A DNA stretch of 64,000 bases from Octopus sinensis (Eukaryota): NCBI RefSeq assembly GCF_006345805.1, contig NC_043004.1, positions 98,952,001 through 99,016,000 of the forward strand, read 5' to 3'. Numbering within the stretch: position 1 is the stretch's first letter; every line of letters begins with the position of its first letter. The position numbers were made by a program, and so were the translations under genes. The notes under the pieces are model-generated. The model worked only from the letters and a program-made list of their open reading frames with translations, was not told the origin of the DNA and made no database searches. Below, piece by piece: positions 39,633 through 52,134 of the stretch.

Positions 39633-40191
39633 TAAACATACAGACACAGGTACACAGTTACATACATATACAGACATATATAGGCAAGACAAATATATAC
39701 AGAGGGATGTATATATATGTATGCATGCACATGTACACAAGTGCACAAAATCTCCTGGTGTTTGTTTATACAAGTTCGTTGTTACAGGCGAAAGAAAGAG
39801 AGGGAAAAAATCAGATAATGATAAGTGGGGAGGAGGGGAGAAAGGAAACAGTGGAAAAGAAGAAAAAGAAATAAAAGAAAGAGAAACAGAAAATGAGAAA
39901 GAGAAAGGGAAGAAATAAGTAAGGGTAGTAAAGAGTGTGAACTGATGGTGTTGGAAAAGTATCTAAAGGAGTTTAGATACTTCATTTAGCTTGTGAAATG
40001 GACACATATAATAACACATGCATAATATCACATGTATATCTACATAAATGCAAATATACATACAAATACACACACATATAGATACGCATACAAATATGCA
40101 AAAAATATGTATGCAAATACATGCCCACATATAAAAAAGTATATGCACATATATATATGTATATATATATATGTAGAAGACCCGGCAGGAC

Positions 40192-40770
40192 AAGTGATGC
40201 CATAACCCCTGGCCCCTACCTGGGTCATAGTCAGTCCACCTGTGCATACCTTCCTTCTTGGGACACATAACTCTACTTGTGAAGACCTGTTGAGGCAAGT
40301 GAAAATCAAAGAATCAAAAAATCAAATCAAAATCGAAATCGATCAACATCAATGGATTTGTAGTTTGTGGTACCAGTGCTGATGGCACATAAGAGAGCCA
40401 TCAGAGTGTGGCCGTAGCCAGCATCGCATCGACTGGCCTCCGTGCTGGTGGCACGTAACAAACACCATCCAATCGTGGCCAGGCCAGCCGGGCCAGCCTC
40501 GCTTGGCCTCCGTGCCGGTGGCATGTAAAAAGCACCATCCGAGCGTGGCCGTTTGCCAGCCTCATCAGGTACCTGTGTCCGTGGCACATAAAAAGCACCC
40601 GCTACACTCACGGTGTGGTTGGCATTAGGAAGGGCATCCAGCTGTAGAAACACTGCCAGATCTGACTGGTCTGGTGCAGCCTTCGGGCTTCCCAGACCCC
40701 AGTTGAACTGTCCAACACATGCTAGCATGGAAAGCGGACGTTAAATGATGATGATGATGATGATGATGAT
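40192..40770 (+). mobile_element. RTE LINE 3' end/UTR with (GAT)n tail
   Basis: Aligns with 26953-27573 from AGAAGACCCGGC onwards. Confidence 0.9.
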
Positions 40771-41169
40771 GTATATGCGCATACACACAAACATACATCT
40801 ACATACATACACAAAATATATAGAGATATATCTTCACACCAAGATAAATATATACATCATAATGTACATGTGCAAACAATTTTATAAAAAGACTGTCTGT
40901 TGTATATAATATCAAAATGTTAAAATGAAGATATTGCATATTAATTCGATATAACATAATTAAATGCGTGAGTAAACAATAAGAATAAAAAAATAAACAT
41001 TGGTGAAGCTTAAGTTTATACTTGCAAAACAGTCGAAGGCTTTTTTGAAAGTGAAGTTGAAATATGCAGTAGCAATTAATGCAAAATCACTACATGTAAA
41101 GTCAAATTCAAAGGCGACAGTCAAAATTTTCTGAAAGTCAAAACATTCTACCCATATGGTATTTTATCG

Positions 41170-42010
41170 GTTGACATTTTAAACCTTGCAGCATGCCTGT
41201 AGGAATTTTAGAGCTCGTGTCTCTGGATCAAAGCATGTTTATCCTGGAACAAGATGAAGAATTTTTCTGAGAGGCAAAGATTACATTTCATTGGTCTTTT
41301 ATAAGCTCAATGACTGTATAATGATGCTTTTTCTAGAATTTCCCAGGTTACATTGAAAGGACGAGTACCATTCTCTTTCAATTCCCAGACATGCTTTGCA
41401 AGACTATTTGCTGTCCTATTCTTGGGGTATCGGAAAGAATTTCGGTGGGAATAGACCTGAGTCTTTAATGAATTTTCTGAAGCCATTGTGTATGTTTTAT
41501 ATTCTTGCGAGCCATCCACTTGCACTTTGGCTCTATAAACATTTCCTTTTTCAAGGCATTTACCTTCCAATGGACAGCAAGTCTTATCTTTGAAGTTGCA
41601 GTTCTTCAGATTACATTTGGCATTGTAGTCGTTTGCAATAATTTTCATGTTATGCTGGTAAATAAAAGAGGCGAAGTTTTTGCAACAAGAATAGCTAACT
41701 TTCAGTGTTCCCCATTAAATATTTTATAGAAATTGTGGCTAGATTGAAAATGTTTAGAAACTAATTTTAAGAATTCCCTACCTATATTAGTCTTTATGGC
41801 AATATTAAATGCGGGGTTAAACCACAAAACCTTCCTAGTTCTAGTTCTACGTGGTCTATTATTCTTAGAATTAACTTGACAATACTGGATCTTCTCCGAG
41901 AATCTACTTTTTCTTAATGCATTATTGTAATATGGGGGCAGCATTTTGAAATGCTGTCTTATCTGAAGAAATTGATGATATTTGCTTTAGTTAGTAATGT
42001 TTATGCATAT
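41170..42010 (-). mobile_element. Penelope-like element: RT C-terminus and GIY-YIG endonuclease, frameshifted
   Basis: SSISSDKTAFQNAAPYYNNAL...RKVLWFNPAFNIAIKTNIGREFLKLVSKHF, then CPLEGKCLEKGNVYRAKV...SLAKHVWELKE...FNVTWEIL and KCNLCLSEKFFIL. These match the PLE WFNPP motif, the CPLxGxC linker and the GIY-YIG C-terminal CxLCxxEK. Confidence 0.93.
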
Positions 42011-42036
42011 AACCTAATTTTTGTTCCATTCTAAAC

Positions 42037-42082
42037 AAAACTGTCTGATGAACGGGAACGTGAAACTCTGAGTAACAGTTTT
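42037..42082 (+). ncRNA. Minimal type I hammerhead ribozyme in an inverted PLE terminal repeat
   Basis: AAAACTGT-CTGATGA-ACG(GGAA)CGT-GAAA-CTC(T)GAG-TA-ACAGTTTT: 8-bp stem I, intact core, GUA cleavage triplet. Confidence 0.85.
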
Positions 42083-42206
42083 TGTGATGATTTGATGCTT
42101 TTTAATAAAGCATATTACTCTACCTCTGGTATTCGAGTACTATTTTTTCCGCCTTGTTTCACATTTATGTGCTTACTCTGGTATATATATATATATATAT
42201 ATATAT

Positions 42207-43192
42207 GAAATCGAAATCGAAATCGAAATTGGAATCGAAATTGAACCAATCCTATGACTGGCACCCGGCAGATGCCAGGACCCCTGGACTGGTGATACGT
42301 AAAAAGCACTATCCGAATCGTGGCCGATGCCAGCGCCGCCTCGACTGGTTTCCGTGCCGGTGGCTCGTAAAAAGCACCATCCGAATCGTGGCTGATGCCA
42401 GTGCCGCCTCGACTGGCTTCCGTGCCGGTGGCACATAAAATGTACCAATCCGACCTTGGCCGTTGCCAGCCTCATCTGGCACCTGTGCAGGTGGCACGTA
42501 AAAAGCACCCACTACACTCACGGAGTGGTTGGCGTTAGGAAGGGCATCCAGCTGTAGAAACATTGCCAGATAAGACTGGAGCCTGGTGCAGCCTTCTGGC
42601 TTCCCAAATCCCCGGTCGAACCGTCCAACCCATGCTAGCATTGAGAACGGACGTTAAACGATGCTGCTGATGATGATTATATATGTAGATGGCTGACCAG
42701 ATTGGAGCTTGGTGCAGCCATATGGCTTGCCAGTCCTCACTCAAACTGTCCAACCCATGCCAGCATGGAAAGCGGACATTATGCGATGATGATGATGATG
42801 ATGATTGATATGTGTGTATATATATATGTGTGTGTGAGTGTGTGTATACTTTTTACAAACAACTTTCAATCATTGGGCCTCATGGAAGCAATGACAAATG
42901 ACCAAGTCCTTTGGCTATATGCCATACTTGAGAAGACCTATCAAGCCAAGTGAAATCGTAGTTGTGACAGATACTGGTGTCACACAACTGGCACCCATAC
43001 TGGTGGCATGTGAAAGCACCCATTATACTCTTGGAGTGGTTGGTGTTAGGAAGGGTATCTGGCCATAGAAGCCATGCCAAATCAGACTGGTGTCTGATGC
43101 AGCCCCTCAGCTTATGAACCCTAGTCAAATCGTCAAACCCATACCAGCATGGTCAACAAATGATGATGATGATATGATGATGATGATGATGA
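42207..43192 (+). mobile_element. Three consecutive RTE 3' UTR ends (about 42207-42678, 42690-42805, 42880-43192), each ending in (GAT)n
   Basis: Repeated CCAACCCATGC(T/C)AGCATGGAAAGCGGAC...GATGATG termini. Confidence 0.85.
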
Positions 43193-45967
43193 TATTTGAT
43201 GGACTTCTTTCAGTTTCTACCAAATCCAGTCGCACGGCTTTGGTTGGGTCGAGGCTAGTGTAGAAGACACTTGCTCAAGATGCCAGATTATTTATAAGCC
43301 AGGGTCAAATATTATTTTATGAAAATTTCTTGAATTAAGAATGCCAACACCTGCTTCACCATTAATATTGTTGTTAAATATGTTACCTCTAATTTACCAT
43401 CTTACTTATAATAAATGTCTACTAAGACAGTAGAAAGCTGCAGGTGCAAGGACAAACAGACGAAGAGGAGAGTAAAAAGAAGCTTGGATGACAAGTGGAA
43501 AGGTGTAAGGTAATGAAAGGTGTAAGGTAATGAACAGTGCAGACGAAAGAAAGAAAAATGGAGTAAATATAGAAGGAAAGCTGAAGTCACATCTATCTAT
43601 CATTGACCCTTCAGATCAGTTATGTTACGAATCTTATCTATAATTTCCACTGGACCATATAAATAGGTCATGAGTTTTCAGTTAATTGGCTGATCACAAA
43701 AATTCTCTGCCTCTGCTCATAGTTTAATAAACTGACCTCCTTCAAGTAAATGAGAATCTCTTGTTTTACCCAGATATAAAATGGTATGGAGATATGAGAA
43801 ACATACTTTTGATCTTAAGGTAAAATGGAATTTTCACAGAAGGGCATTCACACTGGGAAACAGATTAGCTGTGATCCAATATGTAGGAAATATAATTGGG
43901 AGACTCTCTTCAATTTACACTGGTTTTAATTACAGCTCACTCCAACTACAATAGACCTTGCTTATCTAATATAATACATTTTCCCAAAGCAGCCACGTAT
44001 CAACTAGAATTAATGGGATCTTTTATAATGAAAGGGTTACTATTATTTCAAAGTCAACTGTTGCAAATGTTTATCTTTGAGTACGGAGATGAAAACATGC
44101 TCTCACCCCACTTATTAACTGAGTTTAGATTGGTGATAAAGTTTTATTAGTGAACTTCTGAAAGAGAGAAATCATATGCATTGAGAACGTGATGGAATGA
44201 TCCAGATGAGAATACAATACGTTAATATGAGAATTAAGCATCTACCGATATACAACATGGAAATAAAATAAATATACAAATGAAAAAGGTGAGAGAAGGA
44301 AAAAGTAAGAGAGAGAGAGAGAGAGGAAAGCAAAGCCATTCAACTTCAGTGCCGTGTTGTTAATTTTATGGGAGAGCTTAACTATAATTACTAAGTAAGT
44401 AACGTTATACCGATAGACACTAGTTTGAAGCAACCGATAATCTATTACAAGAGCAAGTGGTGACTGCAAGATAAGGTGAAATTGATAATAGTAAATATTT
44501 ATTTCAAAACCTATCTATGAAAAAAAAAAAACATTAATATAAGAAAAAGAGAAAATAAAGAAAAATAAATATGTAAAACGCATACGAAGCAGGAAAAAAA
44601 AAAGCTTAAAAATAATCAATACAAATAATGAATAATGAATCTATATTGGTACCTTTTAGAATATCTGTGATTTTATTTATGCTAAATAAGCCATAGAAAT
44701 TTCAGCTGATTTCTAACAACTTACTTGAAGCAGATATCAGTGTATAGAATCACTTATATACGTATAATAGTATACACACTGTGAGGTTAGATTTTAAGTT
44801 AACCTTCAAAGACTAACAAACTTAGCATTGATGCTTTATCTCTAGTGCCTGATTTTACTCTCAATACTGACAAAGATAAGATCTCATTTGCACAGTTTTA
44901 TATAATATGCGTAGTCCTTCTTGATATATGTTAAAGTGTCTCGAAATATAATAAAAACATGTTGCTGATATATTAACAAATCTCTACTATTAGATTGCAG
45001 ACTGTAACTTTTCTTTTGTTTGTTAGAGTTAGCTTTTCTGAACAATAACCCAAGCAGACCTATTTTTCTATGCTTTAGTCAAAGGCAGAGAGGCAGCATC
45101 TATGACCTTTATTACTGTTTGTGAGGTAGTGATAAAGGGTTTGGTTGCAAGGATATACACATGCGAAACCTGATTTGAATGCTTGCTAAAGTTTAGCACC
45201 ATCATCTTCTCTATCTCTGTCCAGTTTAAAGTGACAAGCTTGCATAATCATTAGCATACTGGGTAAAATACTTCGTGGAATTTTGTCGCTAAATTCTGAG
45301 TTCAAATTCTGACAAGGTTGACTTTGACTTTCATCCTTTTGGGACCAATAAAATAAATGCCAGTTGAGTACTGGTGTTAATATAATTGATTTACTACCCT
45401 CCCTCAAAATTGCTGGCCCAGTGGGAAAATTTAAGTTCAGTTTAGCACCACCACCTAACCCATGAATGTCAAAGGTACTCATGAGTGTTAAATCAGACAA
45501 CAAACTCAGTTTACTATTTCTACAAAAGGGTCAGTTTCTCTGACTGATTTCCACACAATTTCTTATTTCTTTACTGCCCACAAGGGGCTACACACAGAGG
45601 GGACAAACAAAGACAGACAAACGGATTAAGTTGATTATATCGACCCCAATGCATAACTGGTACTTATTTAATCGATCCCGAAAGGATGAAAGGACACTTT
45701 GGACAGCACTCTCACTGATATATAAAATAGATAGGAAAGTCATGGCTCAGTTGCCTTTGATCAAAGGTTGGTTGTTCCTGGAGTTCATCCATACATTGGA
45801 TCGGTCTTCATTGACATTTGGATTTAAACACTTATTCTGATTACAGGTAAAACTGGATGGCTGATACTGCAGGCTGCATATGGTGGCTGTCATGCAGCCT
45901 ACATGTGATGGCTGGGATGCAGGCTACATGTAGCACATATATGGCTGATAATAAAACACATATCATA

Positions 45968-46415
45968 GGTGCAAACGTGGCTGTGTGGTAAGAAGTTTAC
46001 CCACATTGTTCCAGGTTCAGTCTCACTGCACCTGGCACCTAGGGCAAGTGCTTTCTGCTATAGGCTTGTGAGTGAATTTGTTAGATGGAAACTGAAAGAA
46101 GCCTTTCATATGTGTGCATATGTGTGCATGTGTGTGTGTGTGTGCATGTCCATGTGTGTATGTGTGTATATATATATATAACTATGTGTGTCTTCATGTC
46201 TGTATTTGTCCCCCTATCACCACTTGATGACTGGTGTTGGTGTATTTACAACCCTGTAACTTAGTGGTTCAGCAAAAGGGACTGATATAATAAGTACCAG
46301 GCTTTAAAAAGAAAATAAATAAGAACTGGGATCAATTCATTTGACTAAAAAGAATTCAAGGAAGTACCCCAGCATGGCCACAGTCTAATGGCTGAAGCAA
46401 ATAAGAGAGGTAAAA
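45968..46415 (+). mobile_element. SINE family A, diverged
   Basis: GGTGCAAACGTGGCTGTGTGGTAAG head through CCCCAGCATGGCCACAGTC tail. Confidence 0.75.
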
Positions 46416-46879
46416 GAATTAGTTGATATACAGGCCACATGAAATAGTCGGTATACAGGCCACATTTGATGGCTAGCTTACAGAATATATATGGGCAACT
46501 TATGATGGACTATGATATATGGATAACTTATGATGGCTGGTATACAGAGAGCAAATGATGGTCAATTTAGAGACCACATATGAAGCTTAGTACAAAGACA
46601 ATTTGTGATGGTTGGTATATGTATGTGTGTATGTGTAACAGTCTATTACAAGTTAAAGTGCAATTTGCAAGTTCCTTCACCAGAGAAACATTTTTGATTG
46701 CTACTCACTTACAAGTAGTAGTAGTAGGTCTTATGAGGTTTTTGGCTGCTATTTTTTGCTGGTTAAACAACTGCATAAATGTTCCTCATTGGTTTCCTTG
46801 TCAATCTTATGTTGTAGTAGTTGGTGTGGTTGATGTTGGTGTGGTTGTGTTTGATGATCTCATTTGTTGATGTTGCTAT

Positions 46880-47257
46880 ACTGTTGCTGTTGAGCGAATG
46901 GTCTTCGTCCCAGAGCTCGCAAGATGGGAGAAGTCCGAAACATGGTCCTTTGCTATTCGTAAGACCCGCAGAAGAGAAAACAGGTCAACCCCCAACACTG
47001 AGAGCAGCAATGGATGGATGAATGCACATCCAGGCTCGGCGGTTGCGTAGGAAGTTGGGGACAAGGAACAGGAAGAAAGAGTGAGAGAAAGTTGGGGCGA
47101 AAGAGTACAACAGGGGTCGCCACCATTTCCTGCTGGAGCCTCGTGGAGCTTTAGGTGTTTTTGCTCAAAAAACACACATAACACCCAGTCTGGGAATCGA
47201 AATCGCGATCCTCTGACCACAAGTCCGCTGCCCTAACCACTGGGCCGTTGCGCATCC
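46880..47257 (-). mobile_element. SINE family C (tail type 4)
   Basis: Family C head and core; ~200-bp tail unrelated to the other copies. Confidence 0.83.
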
Positions 47258-47399
47258 TACTGATGTTGCTATTGGAGTTGGTGCTGCAGTTGGTCAGATA
47301 TGGAATGAAGGTTGGTAATGGTAGTGACTGTGGCCATGGTGATGTTTTTAATACCATGAGAGACTTGGTTGAAAGGAAAGAAGCCAGAGAGACAAATAG

Positions 47400-47406
47400 A
47401 CAGAGT

Positions 47407-47438
<32 letters not shown>

Positions 47439-47995
47439 AAGAGAGAGAGAGAGAAAATGAGATTGTGTGTGAAAGAAGGTAAAATAAAAGAGTTTCATGA
47501 CAATAGCTTAAATGGAAGAGTTTAACATTACTATTATGCTTGGGTTAGAGAGGGGGAGAGAGGGAGAGAGAGAAAAGAGAAGAGAGACGGGGAGATAGAG
47601 AGAGAAAAGAGGAGAGAGAAGGGGAGATAGAGAGAACTTCATTACAATGGCTTAAATGGAATAGTTTAACATTAAGTTTAGGCTGGAGAGACAAAAGTGG
47701 GAGAGAAAGTGGAAAGAGAGGATGAGGGAGAGAAAGAGAGAGAGAGAGGGAGAAAAGAATGTAGAAGATAGGAGAGCAGCGAAGGGGGAGAGAAAGAGGG
47801 GGGAATGAGAGAGTTTCATGACAATAGTTTAAGTGAAATAGTTTAAGGCTTAGATTAAGGGTGAAGTGAGAAAGGTGGGAAATGAAGGAAAGAAAGTGAG
47901 AGAGAGATCAAGAAAGAAAGCTAGAAAAAGAGGAAGTAGGGGAGAGAGAGAAAGAGAGAAGATGTAAGAACGAAAGAGAAAGAGACTGGGAGAAA
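47400..47995. repeat. Purine-rich (GA)n tract with a recurring ~35-bp motif
   Basis: CATGACAATAGCTTAAATGGAAGAGTTTAACATTA-like motif at 47496, 47640 and 47817. Confidence 0.8.
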
Positions 47996-48402
47996 ATGTT
48001 GCTTGCTTGAGACAATTTCCAAAGACTAATAAAGCATTGTTATTGAATTACGCTGGAATAATCTAATTCCTTGACAGTTGCGAGTGCATTCAGAGAATTA
48101 ATTTAACAGTGAACAAATAAAATAGTCGTGTGCAAGAACATCCTGTTGGCAACAAACGTTGGAATAAGTCAAAGAAAGCAATGAAGAAAGTTCTTTTTAA
48201 ATGTAATAAACAGTGCTATGATTGATGTAATATTTCTTTGAAAAATGATCATTTTGAAGAAAACAAACAAAAACACAAAAATATGAAAGATGAAAGGAAA
48301 AAAAAACAGAAAAGTATTTGCATTTTGATTTTGGGAGAAAGAATTAGTGTTTGAAGTTAAAGCTGTTTTATTTATTTATTAGTATTTTTTATAGTTGTGT
48401 GT

Positions 48403-48450
<48 letters not shown>

Positions 48451-49287
48451 TGTGTGTTGTGTGTGTGTGTGTTGTGTGTGTGTGTGTTCTATTGCAGTGT
48501 GGCAGAATTGGTAAAAACATATTGACAGACTAAGCATATTTCAGTATTTGGTGGGTCCCATCTAATCTAGATTTTGAGTTCAAATGAAATATGGATTAAG
48601 CCTACCTTTTATCTTTCAAGCATTGATAGAGAAAAACCAAAAAACTAAAAAACATAGATATAATTTAAAATGAAATAAGCCAAGGAACATAATTCAAATA
48701 AGCCTATGGCACGAACTTGGATAATCAAATTAAAAGGATGATATATGGAAGGCTGCAGAGAGAAATTTTTTAATTAATTGTAATTTCCCTATTAGATGGA
48801 GAAAGAAGCTAAAAACCTAGAGGCAATTGTTAATGAATTTTAAAGGAAAAAGAGAAACCATTTCAACAGGTACCAGTCATGTACTGAGGTTGATTTAACA
48901 GACAAGACTAAACACCTTTATTACGACATTTACGGCATTGTTGTTGTTATTGTTGCTATGCTTGTCTAGCCTCTCACCTCACAGGTAAGCTTTGACTAAC
49001 TCACCTTTTATATGTTCTATGTCAACCATAGAACATCTTGAACTGTGTTTCTGCTTTTGTCTTCCCCTTTTTTTTCCCCTTTAAGACAGTAGGGTTTGAT
49101 TTGAAATTGGTGATATGGAAAACCCATTCGATCATTGAATTCAATCCATTGTAGTATTTATTCTGACCCTCTCTGAGTTCAAATTCAAGGTCAACTTTGC
49201 TGTTCCTTCTTTATAAGAAGAAAAAAAATCTGGGGCCTTTCAGCATCTGTCCTGACTCATTCTTTTCTGACAGTAATATCTATGACA

Positions 49288-49604
49288 GTGGAGGTGCAAC
49301 GGCCCAGTGGTTAGGGCAGTGGACTTGCAGTCGGAGGATCACGGTTTCGATTCCCAGACCGGGCATTTTGTGTGTTTATTGAGCGAAAACACCTTAAAGC
49401 TCCACGAGACACTGGCAGGGGATGGTGGCGACCCCTGTTGTACTCTTTCATTCCAAATTCCTCTCACTCTTTCTTCTTGTTTTTTGCGTAACGCTGTGAT
49501 GGACTGCCATCTCATCTAGCTGGGAGGAACACATACACCGCAGAAACCGAACTGGGAAACTGGGCCCATGAACCTGGCTAGGCTTGAAAAGGGCACATAA
49601 AAAA
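49288..49604 (+). mobile_element. SINE family C (tail type 1)
   Basis: Family C head and core; tail GGGAAACTGGGCCCATGAACCTGGCTAGGCTTGAAAA shared with the 11996 copy. Confidence 0.85.
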
Positions 49605-49953
49605 ATGTCTGTGACAACACTGTTGTTAAATTGTGCCAACCCAAGTTGGTGCTTATTCCTTTAATAAACATTAGTAGCAAGGAGGGAAGAGATCTGCATA
49701 CACTGGTATGCAAACCTACCCTAGCTTCCTATAAGAAATTGTGATTTGAGAGAGATTTGGCTGATATATGTTGAAAGTGAAGTGGCTTATGAAGGATCAT
49801 TGTGAAAAATCCTGATCAATAACACTGTGAACTGGCTGAAATGTTAGAGAGCCAAAAATTGCTTCTGCATCTCATCTCTCTGCACTCTGACTATAAGTTC
49901 TGCAAACTTAGAAAATGTTCATACTCCGATTTCTAAATTCTCCATAATATGGA

Positions 49954-49995
<42 letters not shown>

Positions 49996-50245
49996 TAAAT
50001 ATACTTAATCATATCGAAGGGAAAGGGATATTAATAAAAATTTTCTGTTCCAGTGGCCTAGCATGTAAAACTTTAGTCTAAAGACTATGTATTACTCATA
50101 AAATACAGTGTATATTTAAACACATAATAGAAATTCATTCATGGGATTCATCATGCTAGAAAGAACAGCTAGGTTCCAAAACCACAAAATTAGGGATAAA
50201 ATCCCGAAAGGAACAAGATGAAAAAAAACCTTTACCATCTAGTTT

Positions 50246-50317
50246 CCTGGACCAATTGGTTTGTGATTTTAATTTAGCAAATAAGATAATTTGCTAGGTG
50301 AAATCATTATCAACAGG
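50246..50317 (-). ncRNA. Type I hammerhead-like motif, copy 1 (U3-A8 core; G12 mutated to C)
   Basis: CCTG-TTGATAA-TGATTT..TAGCAAAT(TATCTT)ATTTGCTA..AAATCA-CAAA-CCA(AT)TGG-TC-CAGG. Confidence 0.6.
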
Positions 50318-50721
50318 TACACCTTGGGTTAAATATATAAACACGAGGCAATCAATTATATCCCTCTTGTTTATACATCCTTATCTTTTTCAAATCTACT
50401 GCGCAGGCACAGCTTCTTGTTGGCAATAAAAAAATGCCAACTTTTAAAATTCAAAAATTATCCAAAACTTACAATTCTTAATTATATTGAAAGGAAATGG
50501 AAATTAATAGAAATTTTCACTTCTAGTGGCTTAGCGTGTATAAATTTAGTCCAAAGACTATGTATTAGTCATAAAATACAGTGTACATTTAAAGACATAA
50601 TAGGAATTCACCCATGGGATTCATCATGCTAGAAAGAACAGCTAGGTTCCAAAACCACAAAATTAGGGATAAAATCCCGAAATGAATGAGATGAAAAATA
50701 AAAACTTTTATCATCTAGTTT

Positions 50722-50793
50722 CCTGGACCAACTGGTTTCTGATTTTAATTTAGCAGATAAGATAATTTGCTTGGTGAAATCGTCATCAACAGA
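50722..50793 (-). ncRNA. Type I hammerhead-like motif, copy 2 (UUGAUGA/GAAA core, GUC cleavage site)
   Basis: TCTG-TTGATGA-CGATTT...AAATCA-GAAA-CCA(GT)TGG-TC-CAGG. Confidence 0.65.
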
Positions 50794-51008
50794 TACACCT
50801 CAGATTAAATATATAAACACCTGGCAATCTATTATATGCCTCTTGTTTATACATCCTAATGGTAAATGGTAAATGCTTTTATTTTTTCCTTCCTTTCGAA
50901 ATTGCTCTTAACTGTGGTTTGGACTTTTTGACTGTTCTTTCTAGTATGTTAGGCAACTAGTTAAGGCTCGCCACTTTTGTGTTTAAATGTATGTCAATTT
51001 ATATATAT

Positions 51009-51168
51009 AGGAGTGGCTGTGTGGTAAGTAGCTTGTTTACCAATCACATGGCTCCGGGTTCAGTCCCACTGCGTGGCATCTTGGGCAAGTGTCTTCTGCT
51101 ATAGCTCCGGGCTGACCAATGCCTTGTGAGTGGATTTGGTAGACAGAAACTGAAAGAAGCCTGTCGTA

Positions 51169-51232
<64 letters not shown>

Positions 51233-51458
51233 ATGTGTGTGTGTTTGTGTGTCTGTATTTGTCCCCCTAGCATTGCTTGACACCGATGCTGGTGTGTTTA
51301 CATCCCCGCTACTTAGCGGTTCGGCAAAAGAGACCGATAGAATAAGTACTGGGCTTACAAAAGAATAAGTCCCGGGGTCGATTTGCTCGACTAAAAATGG
51401 CGGTGCTCCAGCATGGCCGCAGTCAAATGACTGAAACAAGTAAAAGAGTAAAAGAGTA
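51009..51458 (+). mobile_element. SINE family A, full length
   Basis: Family A head, core and tail. Confidence 0.9.
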
Positions 51459-51910
51459 AATATATATATATATACACACACTCAAACACACACAGATATA
51501 ATGCATTATAACTGAAAATCTCTGGTTACTAGTATTCCGAGTGACTTGTTTCTAATCATCAGCTGGTAAAGCAAGCCTGGTTTTATTCTGAAATACCCAG
51601 TGTTTGAATAATTTTTGAAATATGAAATGAAAGTTTGAAGAAAACACCCTTTTGTTTTATTGTTCCAAAACCTTTGAGAACAACGCAACACAACCAAGAA
51701 ATATGGTTGCTTTAACTCATACTTTTCATTTCATTACTGGTTGTTGTGGTAACATTACTATAAATGTCCTAAACTCCATACAAGAGAAGTCATAAAACTG
51801 CATTGTTGTTTGAGCAATGTTCCAAAGTAAGACTTCAAACTAATGTTTTTAAAGGCAATGTATTTGTATGTGAGTGTTCATTTACCATGTGCATGTATAT
51901 ATGATGTGTG

Positions 51911-51965
<55 letters not shown>

Positions 51966-52099
51966 GTATGTATATATATATATATATGTATGTATGTATG
52001 TATATATATATATATATATACACACAATGTGATCACGTGTGTACCATTGGCGATTTGTTTTCTTCTGTCTTCCCTTCTCTGGATCTTTCCTTTCCCTAT

Positions 52100-52134
52100 G
52101 TTTCTGACGAAGAGCTCCGCTCGAAACGTTAAAC
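52100..52134 (+). ncRNA. Minimal hammerhead variant (extra A after CUGANGA, palindromic AACGTT stem III)
   Basis: GTTT-CTGACGA-A-GAGC(TCC)GCTC-GAAA-CG-TT-AAAC, inside a ~210-bp insert (about 52028-52237) between (TA)n tracts. Confidence 0.6.

Larger units (their letters stand above)
50008..50857 (-). mobile_element. 1.8-mer tandem of a ~475-bp hairpin-rich unit, each copy with a hammerhead-like motif (retrozyme or PLE pLTR-like)
   Basis: Direct repeat with period 473-476 bp (AAAGACTATGTATT at 50080 and 50553); abuts a (TA)n tract at 49955-50000. Confidence 0.7.

Noticed and set aside
44420-44470. Minus-strand TTCSCNRLS, resembling a GPS autoproteolysis motif
   Set aside because: It lacks the catalytic His and is followed by a stop within five codons.
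50008-50857. Mitochondrial insertion (NUMT) as an explanation of the AT-rich duplicated block
   Set aside because: No mitochondrial gene, tRNA or rRNA sequence was recognised; the hammerhead fold explains the structure better.
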